The notes: generated by a model from the sequence alone, not told the origin. A stretch of 64,000 nt of DNA from an uncultured cyanobacterium (GCA_963803805.1 CAWDOD010000001.1:95975-159974); one strand, 5' to 3'; positions 9,638-20,073 are shown, numbered from the stretch's first letter. Numbers and translations: made by a program.

Positions 9638-11815
9638 ATGATGATGAAACTTGATAAGAAAAAAGAAGAAGCTTTTTTTCTTATTACTTCTGCCTTGCTG
9701 GGGACTGGCATCGGTTTTGCAATAGGATTTGGGGTCAAAGCATCTCCAGTTGTAGTAGCTGCTGTAGCGGCTGCTGGAGGCTTGCCGGCAGCCTTAATTA
9801 CCTACCAGGTATCAGATAGTAGAAATAGTAGGAAGCACCTACAAGAGGTCAAAAAACTTAATCAGGCCCATCGGAAGGAATTAAAAGAAGCTAAAGCCAA
9901 ACTAGTTAAGTCTTCTAATCAATTGGAGAGGATATTTTATGCTAATACCTGTTTAGAAAAAGAAAATAGGGTTATTCCTAGGTTGAGGAAGGAAATAGCT
10001 GATTTATCTGCTGACTTAGAAGCAAGAATAGAAGCAATTAAGGTACTAGAAGAAGCAAACGAAACCTGGGAAGAAGGTTTTGATGACTTGTTAGAGAAGC
10101 AGTCAAACTCTAAGGCTCAACTGCTTGCTCAGCAAAGAGTTAGGGAAGAGCTTGTTTCTGTTTTTGACCATCATAACGGCTTTACTAAAAAAGCTATGAG
10201 TATAGCTTCGCAGATGGGGAAATTAGTAGAGGAAGCTGAGGGTAAAAATGATGCTTTGATCCTCAAAGATAAAGATGCAATGCTTCATTTTATGGATTCC
10301 TTAGAAGATTCTGGTAAGACTATGGCAGAAGCTAAGGCGGCATTTGCTGAAGAGAAGAATATCCTCAATGCCAAAATTCTTCATTTGGAGCGTCAGAATA
10401 AAGGTGAGTTGTTAGAGCCAGAATATGGCCAACACGGCTATGATATTCCGGCTCAAATAGCTACTGATATTTGCCGAATCCTATGGAATAAGCATCAAGT
10501 ACCTTTGAGGTTAGAAGGGGTAGAAACCTCTAGAAGTGGGTTAAGTACAGCAGGATATGGTTATGGGGGTAATCAAGATTCTACCCAGCTTGTTAGCTTT
10601 ATTAAAGACAAATCAAAAGCTCTTTGTGAACAGTTAGGGATTCATAAAATAACCAAGGTTGAGAAACTTGCGATCGCACCAGTGATTGCAGTTAGTTTTT
10701 TACGTGAATCAGTATTGAAAGAATCTGAGATTAAACTTCTGATTGGGAGTGGGGAAGAGTTCTTGAATTATGTAGTTAACCACCCAATCAGGTATAGGTT
10801 GATAGCAGATCCTGGTGAGGGTAAAACTCCTACTACGGCTGTTATGTTATCGGCAATTCTTAAGTCTGGTTGCAAGACGGGTAACGTTCCCAATGGGCGC
10901 AAAGTTCCTCATACTTTAGTAGACGTTAGCTATCCAGATAGATACAGTTCTATTAAGGATGAAGAATATCCTTTAGATCGTTTTCTAAAGTATGCAACTA
11001 CAAGAGAAGCAGTTAACAGCTTCAATCAGGCTATTGAGGAATGGGAATATAGAAAAACTCATTTAGATTATGCTAAAAAGGTTTTTCAGATTCTTTTCTG
11101 GGATGAATTTGACAATACGATAAGTAGTGCTTCTAGTCCTAAAGATGTTGCTAACTCTCTTAAGATTTTACTAAAAGAAGGAGGACATTCCAACATTGGT
11201 TGGATACTCTCTGGACAGTCAGTAATGACTCGTCAGATACCGGGCTTTACTAACGATGATCGGAGTTTGTTTACTGAAATAGTTATTGGTATTCCTAAAA
11301 TTAGGAAATATTTACAAAACTATGGGAGAAAGCTAGGGGACAAAGTTAACAAAAAGCTATTAGAGAATCTTGATAGTATTGACGACTACGTTACTAGCAG
11401 AAATAGCAATATTGTCGATTCAGCTAGATTATTAAGAGTTAGTTTAGTAGTTGATAGCAAATCACCAAAACTTTTCTTCCTTCCTAACTTTGACTTAGCT
11501 AACTTTGACGAGGAAGCTATTAGAAACTCAGAGAATGTAGCGAAACAAATTAGAAATGGAAGCTACCAAAGTAGATCCCAGACTAATGGGGGAGCAAAAG
11601 CTAAAAGCCAGTCAGGTCAACTGGTTAACCTATCCCAAGATTTGCCCCCACAAATGACTATAGAGGTACAACCCCAAACCCCAATTAGTAAGAAGATACC
11701 TTGTTGTCCTAAGTGTAACAGTACCAACTTAGGGAAGAAATCAGCTAAGAGGTATTTATGTAAAGATTGTAGAAAAACTACAGGTGAACATTTGGTTAAT
11801 TGGAAGAAAGTTTAG
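9638..11815 (+). CDS. Membrane-anchored coiled-coil P-loop ATPase (FtsK/HerA/VirD4-like) with C-terminal Zn ribbon
   Basis: Two N-terminal TM segments; Walker A ADPGEGKT; Walker B ILFWDE; SGQ sensor; CPKC...CKDC. Confidence 0.6.
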   Translation: MMMKLDKKKEEAFFLITSALLGTGIGFAIGFGVKASPVVVAAVAAAGGLPAALITYQVSDSRNSRKHLQEVKKLNQAHRKELKEAKAKLVKSSNQLERIFYANTCLEKENRVIPRLRKEIADLSADLEARIEAIKVLEEANETWEEGFDDLLEKQSNSKAQLLAQQRVREELVSVFDHHNGFTKKAMSIASQMGKLVEEAEGKNDALILKDKDAMLHFMDSLEDSGKTMAEAKAAFAEEKNILNAKILHLERQNKGELLEPEYGQHGYDIPAQIATDICRILWNKHQVPLRLEGVETSRSGLSTAGYGYGGNQDSTQLVSFIKDKSKALCEQLGIHKITKVEKLAIAPVIAVSFLRESVLKESEIKLLIGSGEEFLNYVVNHPIRYRLIADPGEGKTPTTAVMLSAILKSGCKTGNVPNGRKVPHTLVDVSYPDRYSSIKDEEYPLDRFLKYATTREAVNSFNQAIEEWEYRKTHLDYAKKVFQILFWDEFDNTISSASSPKDVANSLKILLKEGGHSNIGWILSGQSVMTRQIPGFTNDDRSLFTEIVIGIPKIRKYLQNYGRKLGDKVNKKLLENLDSIDDYVTSRNSNIVDSARLLRVSLVVDSKSPKLFFLPNFDLANFDEEAIRNSENVAKQIRNGSYQSRSQTNGGAKAKSQSGQLVNLSQDLPPQMTIEVQPQTPISKKIPCCPKCNSTNLGKKSAKRYLCKDCRKTTGEHLVNWKKV

Positions 11816-12009
11816 CTTAACAAGGTGATAAGCAAATTTGTTTGTCACCTTAAGTTTTAAGCAAGCTTTATATTTAGTTCTTTTCAAAAACTAGAATAAA
11901 CTAACTTCCAAAAGTGTAGACTCAGGTATTTTTAACTTTTGCTTCAGTCAGCTTACTAAAAGAAAGAGACAAGCTACCTGAAGAAGCAGTAATTTATTAA
12001 AGCAATATT

Positions 12010-12456
12010 ATGACTCGCTACCGAGAATATCTATATTCAAAAGAATGGCAAAATAACCATAGAGTCTGGTTGAAGAAAGCCAACCACAGATGCTGTATAC
12101 TTCCTTGGTTAAAATTGGGACAAGTTAAGGGAAAGTACCATCCTTACTCAATCCACCATACCAATTATGAAAACCTTGGCTCCGAGAAGTTTGGGCATGA
12201 TGTTTTACCTGTATCTCGGTTTACCCATCGGTTTATTATTCATGGTGTTTTATCAGGTTTTAAGCGTCCTTCTGAACAAAAGATATATCCTAACTTACCT
12301 CAAAGAATTGCCCATAATTGGGGACGATTAGTTTTAAATAGACCTGCTCAATGCTTACTCATAGGTTTATTAGCAAGTCTTGTTTGGACATTTAATTGGG
12401 CTTATTCAGTGGCGATAATTTTGTTCTATACAGGTTTACAAGTTTGGTTTGACTAA
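12010..12456 (+). CDS. Degenerate HNH-endonuclease-like protein with C-terminal TM helices
   Basis: YREYLYSKEW...HHTNYENLGSE...H pattern; hydrophobic tail. Confidence 0.5.
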   Translation: MTRYREYLYSKEWQNNHRVWLKKANHRCCILPWLKLGQVKGKYHPYSIHHTNYENLGSEKFGHDVLPVSRFTHRFIIHGVLSGFKRPSEQKIYPNLPQRIAHNWGRLVLNRPAQCLLIGLLASLVWTFNWAYSVAIILFYTGLQVWFD

Positions 12457-13411
12457 CTATAGAATTTTACAACTATTAGATATGCAATACGATCAACCAG
12501 ACTATCTACCTAAATTCAATCAAACTAGGGGCTATATTCCTAGTAGTTTTAATTTAATAAGAGCGTTCAACGAGCTTTGTCTTGAACCTCAATTTCTTAG
12601 CGATCAGTACTACCAAGCTTGTAGTCGATTAGGAGTTACTTGGAGCCAGTGCCAAGGAATTAAGTATTACCTTCAGTTATATAAGCTTTGTCGAGAAGTT
12701 AAAGGTAAGCTTTATCCCACAGGATTAGGTACTAATTTACTTCACGAATGGGACGGCTGCTTAGAGAATATTAATTCTCTTTATTTGCTGCATTGGAAGT
12801 CTCTACAATCACCTTGTTATTCTGCTTCTCTTTGGTGTCTCTTTTTTCAAAGTAACTTCTCTGAATTCACTAAGCAGGAACTCATTTTAGGCTTACAAAG
12901 GTTTGTTAAAAGCGAGAAACTAAATGTAGCTCGCTCTTCTATTATTTGCGATTGTGATTGGTTAATTAATAGTTATAGCCACGATTATTCTTGGACTAAA
13001 AGCCCCTTCAACCGCTTCCAGGGAAAGGTTAGCCTTGATGTGCTTCATACAACGAATAAATTTAACCAACAGAAAACATACATTTGGGAGTTCCTCAAAC
13101 AAGGAAAACCGGATGTAGATGAGGCAGTAATTCTGGCTGCTTGTTTGGAGTTTGCAGGTAGTCGTGGATTAATTTCTTTGACAAATCTTACTTATGCACC
13201 TGGCTCTCCGGGTAGGGCTTTTAAGTTGCTGCATGACCTAGCCTTAACAGAGAAGCTGGAGCGGGTGATTAAAGATTGGCAACTACACTCAGAGGTGCAG
13301 TTACTTGTAGATGAAAATAACGCGGTTAGTCTCCAGGTATTAGTTGAGCCTAAAAAATTCGCATTTGAGGTACTAAATAAATATTATGAGCATTACTGCC
13401 ATGAAGGATGA
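12449..13411 (+). CDS. DUF4007 (SspB-like) protein, divergent
   Basis: RLGV, PTGLGTNLL, WDGCLENINSLYLLHW and SSIICD match the DUF4007 pattern. Confidence 0.6.
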   Translation: MTNYRILQLLDMQYDQPDYLPKFNQTRGYIPSSFNLIRAFNELCLEPQFLSDQYYQACSRLGVTWSQCQGIKYYLQLYKLCREVKGKLYPTGLGTNLLHEWDGCLENINSLYLLHWKSLQSPCYSASLWCLFFQSNFSEFTKQELILGLQRFVKSEKLNVARSSIICDCDWLINSYSHDYSWTKSPFNRFQGKVSLDVLHTTNKFNQQKTYIWEFLKQGKPDVDEAVILAACLEFAGSRGLISLTNLTYAPGSPGRAFKLLHDLALTEKLERVIKDWQLHSEVQLLVDENNAVSLQVLVEPKKFAFEVLNKYYEHYCHEG

Positions 13412-14360
13412 CGTAAGGGCTTACTTAGATTCTATTGGTAGAGTTTCTCTGCTTAAAGCTGATGAAGAGGTACTGTTGGCTAAGGAGATTGCTCACTCTT
13501 CTAAGTTAAAAGTAGTTGGTGAGGAGCTTGCTAATGAATTAGGGCGACAACCAACTAAATCAGAGTGGGCTAGGGCTGTTGGTTTATCTGTAGACGAACT
13601 TGTTTATAAGTTAGAACTAGGGCAAAGCGCCAGAGACAAAATGATTAAAGCCAACTTGCGCTTAGTTGTCAAGATGGCAAAGAAGTATACCGGCCGTGGC
13701 TTGGATTTTATGGATCTAATTCAGGAAGGTAATCTTGGGCTGTTCAAAGCAGTAGAAATGTTTGATTACCGCAAGGGTTATAAGTTTTCTACTTATGCTT
13801 ATTGGTGGATTTTTCAGTCTATTAATCGGGGCATTGCTCAAAGGGGAAGAATAATTCGTTTGCCTGTTCATTTGCAGGAGAAGTACACCAAGATAAACAA
13901 GGCAACAGGGAGGCTTGCCAGGAAATTAGGGTGCTATCCTTCCCTGGCAGAATTATCTCTTGAGGCAAGAATAGAGCCAGAGGAACTTGAGAGATTGAGA
14001 AAATGCTTTGCGAGTGTTGCCTCTTTAAATATTAAGATTGGAGAAGAGCAAGACAAGGAACTTCTCGACTTCATCGCTACTGATGCACCGGATGAAGAAT
14101 TAATTCAAACTGAACTTGAAGAAAAGGTTGCTCAACTGTTAAGAGAAGTTCTCAATCCACAGGAAGAGGAAGTTCTTCGTTTACGCTACCGCATTGGGCA
14201 AAAACAGCCTAGCAATAGCGAAAAACCAATCAGCCTGAAAAAAGTGGGTGAGGCGATGAATAACATCTCAAGAGAGAGAGTGCGACAGATTGAGGCGAAA
14301 GCTTTTGAAAAGCTGAAAAATGAAGAAGCTTTTTGGGAACTAATTGAATTTTTACGTTAG
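13386..14360 (+). CDS. Sigma-70 family (RpoD/group 2-like) sigma factor
   Basis: DDVRAYL, ANLRLVVKMAKKY, DLIQEGNLGL, KFSTYAYWWI, SRERVRQIE. Confidence 0.92.
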   Translation: MSITAMKDDVRAYLDSIGRVSLLKADEEVLLAKEIAHSSKLKVVGEELANELGRQPTKSEWARAVGLSVDELVYKLELGQSARDKMIKANLRLVVKMAKKYTGRGLDFMDLIQEGNLGLFKAVEMFDYRKGYKFSTYAYWWIFQSINRGIAQRGRIIRLPVHLQEKYTKINKATGRLARKLGCYPSLAELSLEARIEPEELERLRKCFASVASLNIKIGEEQDKELLDFIATDAPDEELIQTELEEKVAQLLREVLNPQEEEVLRLRYRIGQKQPSNSEKPISLKKVGEAMNNISRERVRQIEAKAFEKLKNEEAFWELIEFLR

Positions 14361-14434
14361 GAGGGGCAGCGCAACGGGACGATCATCCGACGCTAACCCC
14401 AACGACAACCAAGCAAGAGAAGGTTGACAAAACT

Positions 14435-15922
14435 ATGATAGCAACAACAACTGATACTGAACCAATCGTTTTATCCCTATTTAGTGGGGTAGGAGGCTTA
14501 GATTTGGGTTTCCATGCCCAAGGATTAGAAATTGCGATCGCAATCGAGGCTGATGAAAATGCAGCTTCTCAATACCAGAAGAATTTCCCAAAAACTAAGG
14601 TAATTCAAGAGGATATTAGTCAAGTAAAAGTTAAGGATATTGCTAAGCTTTTAGACCCGCAGCGCCCTTTGATTATTATTGGTGGGCCACCTTGTCAGGG
14701 ATTCTCTCAAGCAGGGACGAGGGAGGTAGATGATCCGCGTAACTTGATGATTGGGGAGTTTTTACGGTTTGTGGTTGAATTGAAACCTACTTTCTTTATC
14801 ATGGAGAATGTCACAGGAGTATTAATTCCTCGTTACAAGGAATTAATTGAGGGGTATCGTACCTCGGTAACAGAAGCTGGCTATCAACTTAGTGAATGGG
14901 TTTTAAATGCTGTTGATTTCGGTGTTCCCCAGAATCGGAAGCGGTTATTTTGGGTTGGAGGGCTTGAAGAGAAGCTGATTGCACCTCCTCCGGCTTATTC
15001 GGAACCAACAACTGTTAGGGCTGCAATCGCAGATTTAGTGGGATACGATGAGGCGACTTGGACTAGGGATAAGCGAGGGGAATTTGCTCAATATCTTCTG
15101 GAAATTTTTCCTCCTATTACTGGTTGGGATGAATCGAGGTTAAGTAATTGCCAGCAGACTAATCACTCCTTAAAGGTAATTAAACGGTTTAAAGCTACTC
15201 CTAACGGTCAGTTAGAGCCGATTAGTCACTTTTATCGTCTTGACTGGGAAGGGGTTGCACCAACTGTCCGGGCTGGTGGTCGGGATAGGCATACGGCTAC
15301 ACGTCCAATTCATCCCCAAGAACATCGGGTCGTTACTCCCAGGGAAGCTGCACGGTTGCAGTCTTTTCCTGACTGGTTTGAGTTCTCAACTCCTAAAACC
15401 CATGCCCACCAGCAGATTGGTAACGCAGTACCTCCTTTATTAGCTTATTTTATTGCTGGAGTTGTTAAGAGGAGTTTTCCTGATCCTGCTGATAGTTTAG
15501 TTGAGCAGTTGAATTGGTTGCAGCAGCAGTTGCAGGAGAAAGATAAGGTTATTGAAAAGCTACAAGCTAATCTTGAACAACTGAAGAAAGTAAATGTACT
15601 TAGGGATGAGGAACTTTACTCTGGGGCTAAGGTATTGGTGCTTGAAGATGATTACTGGCAGGGCTGCACGGGGGTAGTTACTGGCAGAAATGGTGGTGGT
15701 TGGTGGGTAAATTTAGATGCAAGTTGTACAGGGAACGATGTGATTAGTCGTGTCGTTTTCAAGGCACGGCAGTTAACAGCTAATTTACCTGATTTTAATA
15801 GCTTGGTTTTTCAAGCACACAAGCAGCGTTATGCCAATGAGAATGAGAGGTTGCGCTTTAGACTGAATGGTTTGCAAAAAAGACTTGAAGAATTTGAAAC
15901 TAACGAAAGGAAGGCTAGTTAG
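14435..15922 (+). CDS. C5-cytosine DNA methyltransferase with coiled-coil C-terminal extension
   Basis: FSGVGG, GPPCQGFS, ENV, QNRKR, REAARLQSFPD, IGNAV. Confidence 0.92.
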   Translation: MIATTTDTEPIVLSLFSGVGGLDLGFHAQGLEIAIAIEADENAASQYQKNFPKTKVIQEDISQVKVKDIAKLLDPQRPLIIIGGPPCQGFSQAGTREVDDPRNLMIGEFLRFVVELKPTFFIMENVTGVLIPRYKELIEGYRTSVTEAGYQLSEWVLNAVDFGVPQNRKRLFWVGGLEEKLIAPPPAYSEPTTVRAAIADLVGYDEATWTRDKRGEFAQYLLEIFPPITGWDESRLSNCQQTNHSLKVIKRFKATPNGQLEPISHFYRLDWEGVAPTVRAGGRDRHTATRPIHPQEHRVVTPREAARLQSFPDWFEFSTPKTHAHQQIGNAVPPLLAYFIAGVVKRSFPDPADSLVEQLNWLQQQLQEKDKVIEKLQANLEQLKKVNVLRDEELYSGAKVLVLEDDYWQGCTGVVTGRNGGGWWVNLDASCTGNDVISRVVFKARQLTANLPDFNSLVFQAHKQRYANENERLRFRLNGLQKRLEEFETNERKAS

Positions 15923-16513
15923 ATGAGTAATGAACCTATGAGTACGGATGTGGTTTTGGGTGGAGATGCTACCCAGGATGATTGGTTGGTTGAGACTTCG
16001 ACTCAAAATGACTTAAGGAGTAAGATTAGGAACTACTGTCTCAACTTCGAGACTAGGGGTATGGGGTTAAATAAACTGTGTGAGATTTCTTTAGAGTATT
16101 TGATGGAAAGCATTGAATATAGTGATGTTCAAGGAGTACTTGAACAGAGTGATGTCTCACAGCGAGATGTTGACTGCTGGTTACACAATGGTTACGAATT
16201 GAATGTTAATTTCTTTGAAAATGTAGCTTATGAATCTAGCTTTTTGAGTGAGGATGCTTTCAATACTTTAAAGAGTAAGCTAGCTCGGTGGTGCGAGTAC
16301 CTACCGGAAGAGAAGGGAATTGCGATCGCTAAAAATCTTATTGGTTGGAAGGTATACTTTTTTGAAGAGAATGATTTTATTTGGGCGCTTCAAGAAAGTG
16401 TGGATACAAGTAGTAGCACGGGGGATATTAATTTTAGTGTGGGCAAGGAGAATGCAATGGCTTTAGAAGCGTTGCTGAAAGACAATGATATTCCTTATTC
16501 TACTGGGAGTTAA
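15923..16513 (+). CDS. Hypothetical protein, paralog of 18580-19158
   Basis: Shared DWLV...KLCE.SL and KENAMALE.LLK...IPYS. Confidence 0.7.
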   Translation: MSNEPMSTDVVLGGDATQDDWLVETSTQNDLRSKIRNYCLNFETRGMGLNKLCEISLEYLMESIEYSDVQGVLEQSDVSQRDVDCWLHNGYELNVNFFENVAYESSFLSEDAFNTLKSKLARWCEYLPEEKGIAIAKNLIGWKVYFFEENDFIWALQESVDTSSSTGDINFSVGKENAMALEALLKDNDIPYSTGS

Positions 16514-16627
16514 GGGACTGTGGACTTATACAGTCTTGAAAATATCGCTACAGAGATGATAGGGGAGCAGAAGGTTTCTGTTCGGTTCCGGAATTGTCTC
16601 TGTAGTTTCCTTGCGGAAGCCTATGGA

Positions 16628-17964
16628 TTGACACTCCCCTGCCTAAAGGCGAGGGGATTCTTCCTTCATAGACCCAGCTTGTTTAGACAGGTTTTCACCA
16701 ATCCAAATAGAGGCTAAATCTCCAGAAGCGTGAGTTCCCGTATGCCCTACGGTACTTAAGGCTCGATTCAGAATATTAATGGCTGCGTTATGGTCGCGGT
16801 CTAGAGTACATCCACACTGACACGTATGTGTGCGAGTACTCAGAGATTTTTTGACCGTTGCACCACAACTAGAGCAATCTTGGGATGTGTAAGCCGGATT
16901 AACCGCAACGGTCGTCTTGCCGAATACCTTCCCGTAGCGCTCTAGCCAAGTTCTGAACTGATACCAACCTACATCATTAATCGATTTAGCCAGACAGTGA
17001 TTTTTAACCAAATTCCGAACTCTCAAGTCTTCATAAGCTACCAAATCGTTAGACTGGATTACGCACCGTGCCAATTTTACGGCATGGTCTTTACGTTGCC
17101 TACTTATCTTAAGATGCTGTCTACCGAGTCGATTAATCGCTTTTTTGCGGTTAGCAGAACCTTTCTTTTTGCGAGAAACCCGACGCTGATGAAACTTCGT
17201 GCGTTCCTCTCCTAAGCGATAGAATCTAGGGTTAGGAACTGTTTCGCTGTTGGAGTCGGTATAAAACTCCTTCAGTCCCACGTCTAACCCAATTGCCCGT
17301 CCACTTGGGTTGATGGACTCTTCCCGTTCTACTTTCACGCAGAACTGGACATAATAACCATCAGCACGACGAATAATGCGAACACGCTTAATAGAGTCGA
17401 TATCGTAGAAGTGGAGGTCGTAACCACCTTTGAGCTTGAGTTTACCAATTCCCTTCTTGTCGGTGAAACTGATGTGCTTTCGCTCCTCGGACAATTTCCA
17501 ACCACTAACTTTGTACTCAACAGAGCGCGTGTTCTGCTTGAATTTCGGATAGCCTTTTTTACCTACTACTTTCAGTTTGCAGTTAGCGTAGAATCGTAAA
17601 ATACTTGACCATGCACGCTCTACTGAGGTTTGGCAAGCGTGAGAATTTAGTTCTTTGACAAAAGAAAACTCGGTTCTAAGTTTGGTGTTGTAGCGAAAAA
17701 TCTCTTTTTTGCCAATGTTGTGATTATCCATCCAATATCGTAGACATTTGTTCCGAACAAACTGTGCGGTACGAATAGCTTCTAGGATTGCTGAAGATTG
17801 CTGTGGGTTGGGGTAGGCTTTAAATTCTAAGACTATCACTCTTGATCAACCTGTTTATCGCGCTTCAGATTGATTCTACAATATCACCGCCTCAAACTTC
17901 CACTCTATCTGACCAACCCTCAAAGTCCCCCTAGAAGGGGGAGGCTTGAAACCCATTATCTTTG
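16628..17964 (-). mobile_element. IS200/IS605-family TnpB-only (IS1341-type) element
   Basis: Minus strand: TTGAC then CAAAGATAATGGG with left-end hairpin; right-end hairpin ending GGGGAGTGTCAA; no tnpA. Confidence 0.85.
16643..17839 (-). CDS. tnpB: TnpB RNA-guided nuclease
   Basis: RuvC motifs GLDVG, AYEDL, DRDHNAA; Zn finger CSSC...CQC. Confidence 0.95.
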   Translation of the reverse strand: MIVLEFKAYPNPQQSSAILEAIRTAQFVRNKCLRYWMDNHNIGKKEIFRYNTKLRTEFSFVKELNSHACQTSVERAWSSILRFYANCKLKVVGKKGYPKFKQNTRSVEYKVSGWKLSEERKHISFTDKKGIGKLKLKGGYDLHFYDIDSIKRVRIIRRADGYYVQFCVKVEREESINPSGRAIGLDVGLKEFYTDSNSETVPNPRFYRLGEERTKFHQRRVSRKKKGSANRKKAINRLGRQHLKISRQRKDHAVKLARCVIQSNDLVAYEDLRVRNLVKNHCLAKSINDVGWYQFRTWLERYGKVFGKTTVAVNPAYTSQDCSSCGATVKKSLSTRTHTCQCGCTLDRDHNAAINILNRALSTVGHTGTHASGDLASIWIGENLSKQAGSMKEESPRL

Positions 17965-18579
17965 GTCAAGCAGCGCTGGACAAAAGCAGAGGGAGAACTA
18001 GCAGTTAGGGAAACAGTTGCTGCCGCCGCTTACTTAGCCTCCCAAAGGGAAAGCATTTATCCCTTTCGTCCGTTACTTGGATGTCAAGGCGTGGATACCG
18101 AGCAATATAAACGTTGTGTAGCAGAAGTACTTAATCATGCTCAAAGTACTGATGTGATTGGGCTTGGGGGATGGTGTATTCTAGGTCGTAAGAAAAGCTA
18201 TTTACCTGTATTTGAGGAAACTACTAGGGAAGTAATTCCTATGATTGCTGAAGCGGGTTGTACTCAAGTACATATTTTCGGCGTAACTTGGTACAAGCCG
18301 TCTCCAGGATTCCCTGTACCTCCGCTCCAGAGGTTACTGCATGAGTGTGACAAATTTGGTATTTCGGCATCTACAGATGGTACTTCCCCTATAGGAAGTG
18401 CTTTGTGGAAGAATATTAAGAAATCGGGGGCAGATTTTAACTATTGGAGACATAATTTGGCTTGGGTTAAGGCCAAATTAGCTACTTTAAGAGAGTCTTC
18501 AGAGTATCAGAAGTGTAGCAAAGAAGACTATATTAGTAAGCAATTACGCTTGTTTTAAAAAATCAATAGGGGAGTTATT

Positions 18580-19158
18580 ATGAGCAACACGTCAACGAAC
18601 GATTGGCTTGTTAGCGACTCATCTCAAGACAGTTTGAAAAAAAAGATTGAAGGCTATTGTGGTGATTTTGAAGTGGTCAGTTTAGCTTTAGATAAATTGT
18701 GCGAACTTTCGTTAATTTGGTTAGTAAGTAATGCCAACGAAGCTACTATTCCAGCAGCAGTTGCGGTGGGTTGTATTCCTTACCCAGATATAGATACTAA
18801 TAATGGCCAGAATAACACGGGGGAAGATATTATTTTGCTTGGTGTTGAAAATCTTCCTTTATTTAAAGATGTTGAGTATAAGCCTAGTCTTTTAAATAAG
18901 GGAGCTTTTGAGGATTTAAAGAATTTGTTAAGTGATTGGCGCGACGATCTTTCGGAGGAAGAAGGAATTAGGATAGCTAGGCATCTCATTTGTTTATTAG
19001 TAGATTCGTTGGACGAGGATCAGTTTCTAAATGTGCTTCAAGATAATGTAAATGTAGCTAGTGAGGGAAGCGAGGTTACTTTTGGCATTGCCAAGGAAAA
19101 CGCTATGGCTTTAGAATCACTCCTAAAAGAGTGGGAAATACCTTACTCCGTTATGTAA
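18580..19158 (+). CDS. Hypothetical protein, paralog of 15923-16513
   Basis: Same conserved blocks as its paralog. Confidence 0.7.
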   Translation: MSNTSTNDWLVSDSSQDSLKKKIEGYCGDFEVVSLALDKLCELSLIWLVSNANEATIPAAVAVGCIPYPDIDTNNGQNNTGEDIILLGVENLPLFKDVEYKPSLLNKGAFEDLKNLLSDWRDDLSEEEGIRIARHLICLLVDSLDEDQFLNVLQDNVNVASEGSEVTFGIAKENAMALESLLKEWEIPYSVM

Positions 19159-19204
19159 TTTTCTTGAAACAAAATATACTCTACTCTATCTTGCAGCTTT
19201 TTGG

Positions 19205-20003
19205 TTATGTCCTCTTTCTTCCTTCAGGGCTAATAACATCTTCAGTTAATAATCGTTTACGAACTTTAGCAACCGTAACATCGGAAACGAAGCCTAACTC
19301 TTTTGCGATCGCACGGTTGCTTTTATTACTCATCTCGCCACGTAGAGCTTGTTCTACTCTCTTGGCTTTTTCTTCATAGACTTCTTTTTTTAGGAGTGTA
19401 AGTAGTTCACACTTCTGCTCAAAGTTTAAAGAGTTGATTATTGCATTTAGGTATTGTTTTGCTGGTACTTCCTCTTGGGTTGTGTCGGCTGTTTTTTCTT
19501 CTTCCTTGATTAGCCAAGCTGGTTTACCAACGACATATAATTTTGATTTACTACGGGTTAAAGCTACATACAGAAGATTATCTTCCTGTTGCCGTTGCCA
19601 TTGCGTTTGGTTCCGCCAAGTTAGAGGGAGGTCGTTGGCTTGGAGTATGAAAATACGCTCTCCTTCTAAACCTTTGGCTCTATGTACTGTAGAGAGAGTT
19701 ACGGTGGGCAATTAAATCTAATTTTTGAGCAATCTTTTTGTATTTCTTACTATCAACTAAATTATAAGTATTTCTTAGCTTTAAATATTACTTAGTTAGT
19801 TGCCATCCAGCACTGTGGAGAGTGGAAATTGAACTTTTCCATTCTATGCCAAATTTCCTTACTAAATCTTGAGAGTTAGCCTTGCCAAAAACAATAATTT
19901 TAATTCTGCTATACTTTGTATCATTGCTTTTCAGAGCTTTTGCTATCATCTCTAAAGTAGTACTTTTACCACTTCCTGCTACAGCATTACAAATAGCATT
20001 TCC
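19205..20003 (-). pseudogene. UvrD/Rep-like SF1 helicase remnant with internal deletion
   Basis: N-terminal fragment NAVAGSGKSTT...STLHS ends in a stop; C-terminal fragment STVHRAKGLE...LLYVALTRSK is in another frame, followed by an HTH-like tail. Confidence 0.8.
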
Positions 20004-20073
20004 TTAGAATCTTCCTACAGTGTAGCCTAACTGAAATTGAACTCTTTTATTGTTAGTATAAAAGCCAAAGAAA

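Larger units (their letters stand above)
16520..18558 (+). pseudogene. TGT/queuine-tRNA-ribosyltransferase-like (DpdA-like) gene interrupted by an IS605 element
   Basis: Removing 16628-17964 joins AEAYG to VKQRW in frame (233 aa); motifs IGLGGWC, HIFGV, STDGTS. Confidence 0.65.

Noticed and set aside
16643-17839. TnpB as a Cas12-like effector for the CRISPR arrays
   Set aside because: It lies within intact IS ends 15 kb away; the repeats and RT-Cas1 point to type III
16628-17964. Possible IStron (self-splicing TnpB element)
   Set aside because: The element is antisense to the host gene and has no room for a group I intron core
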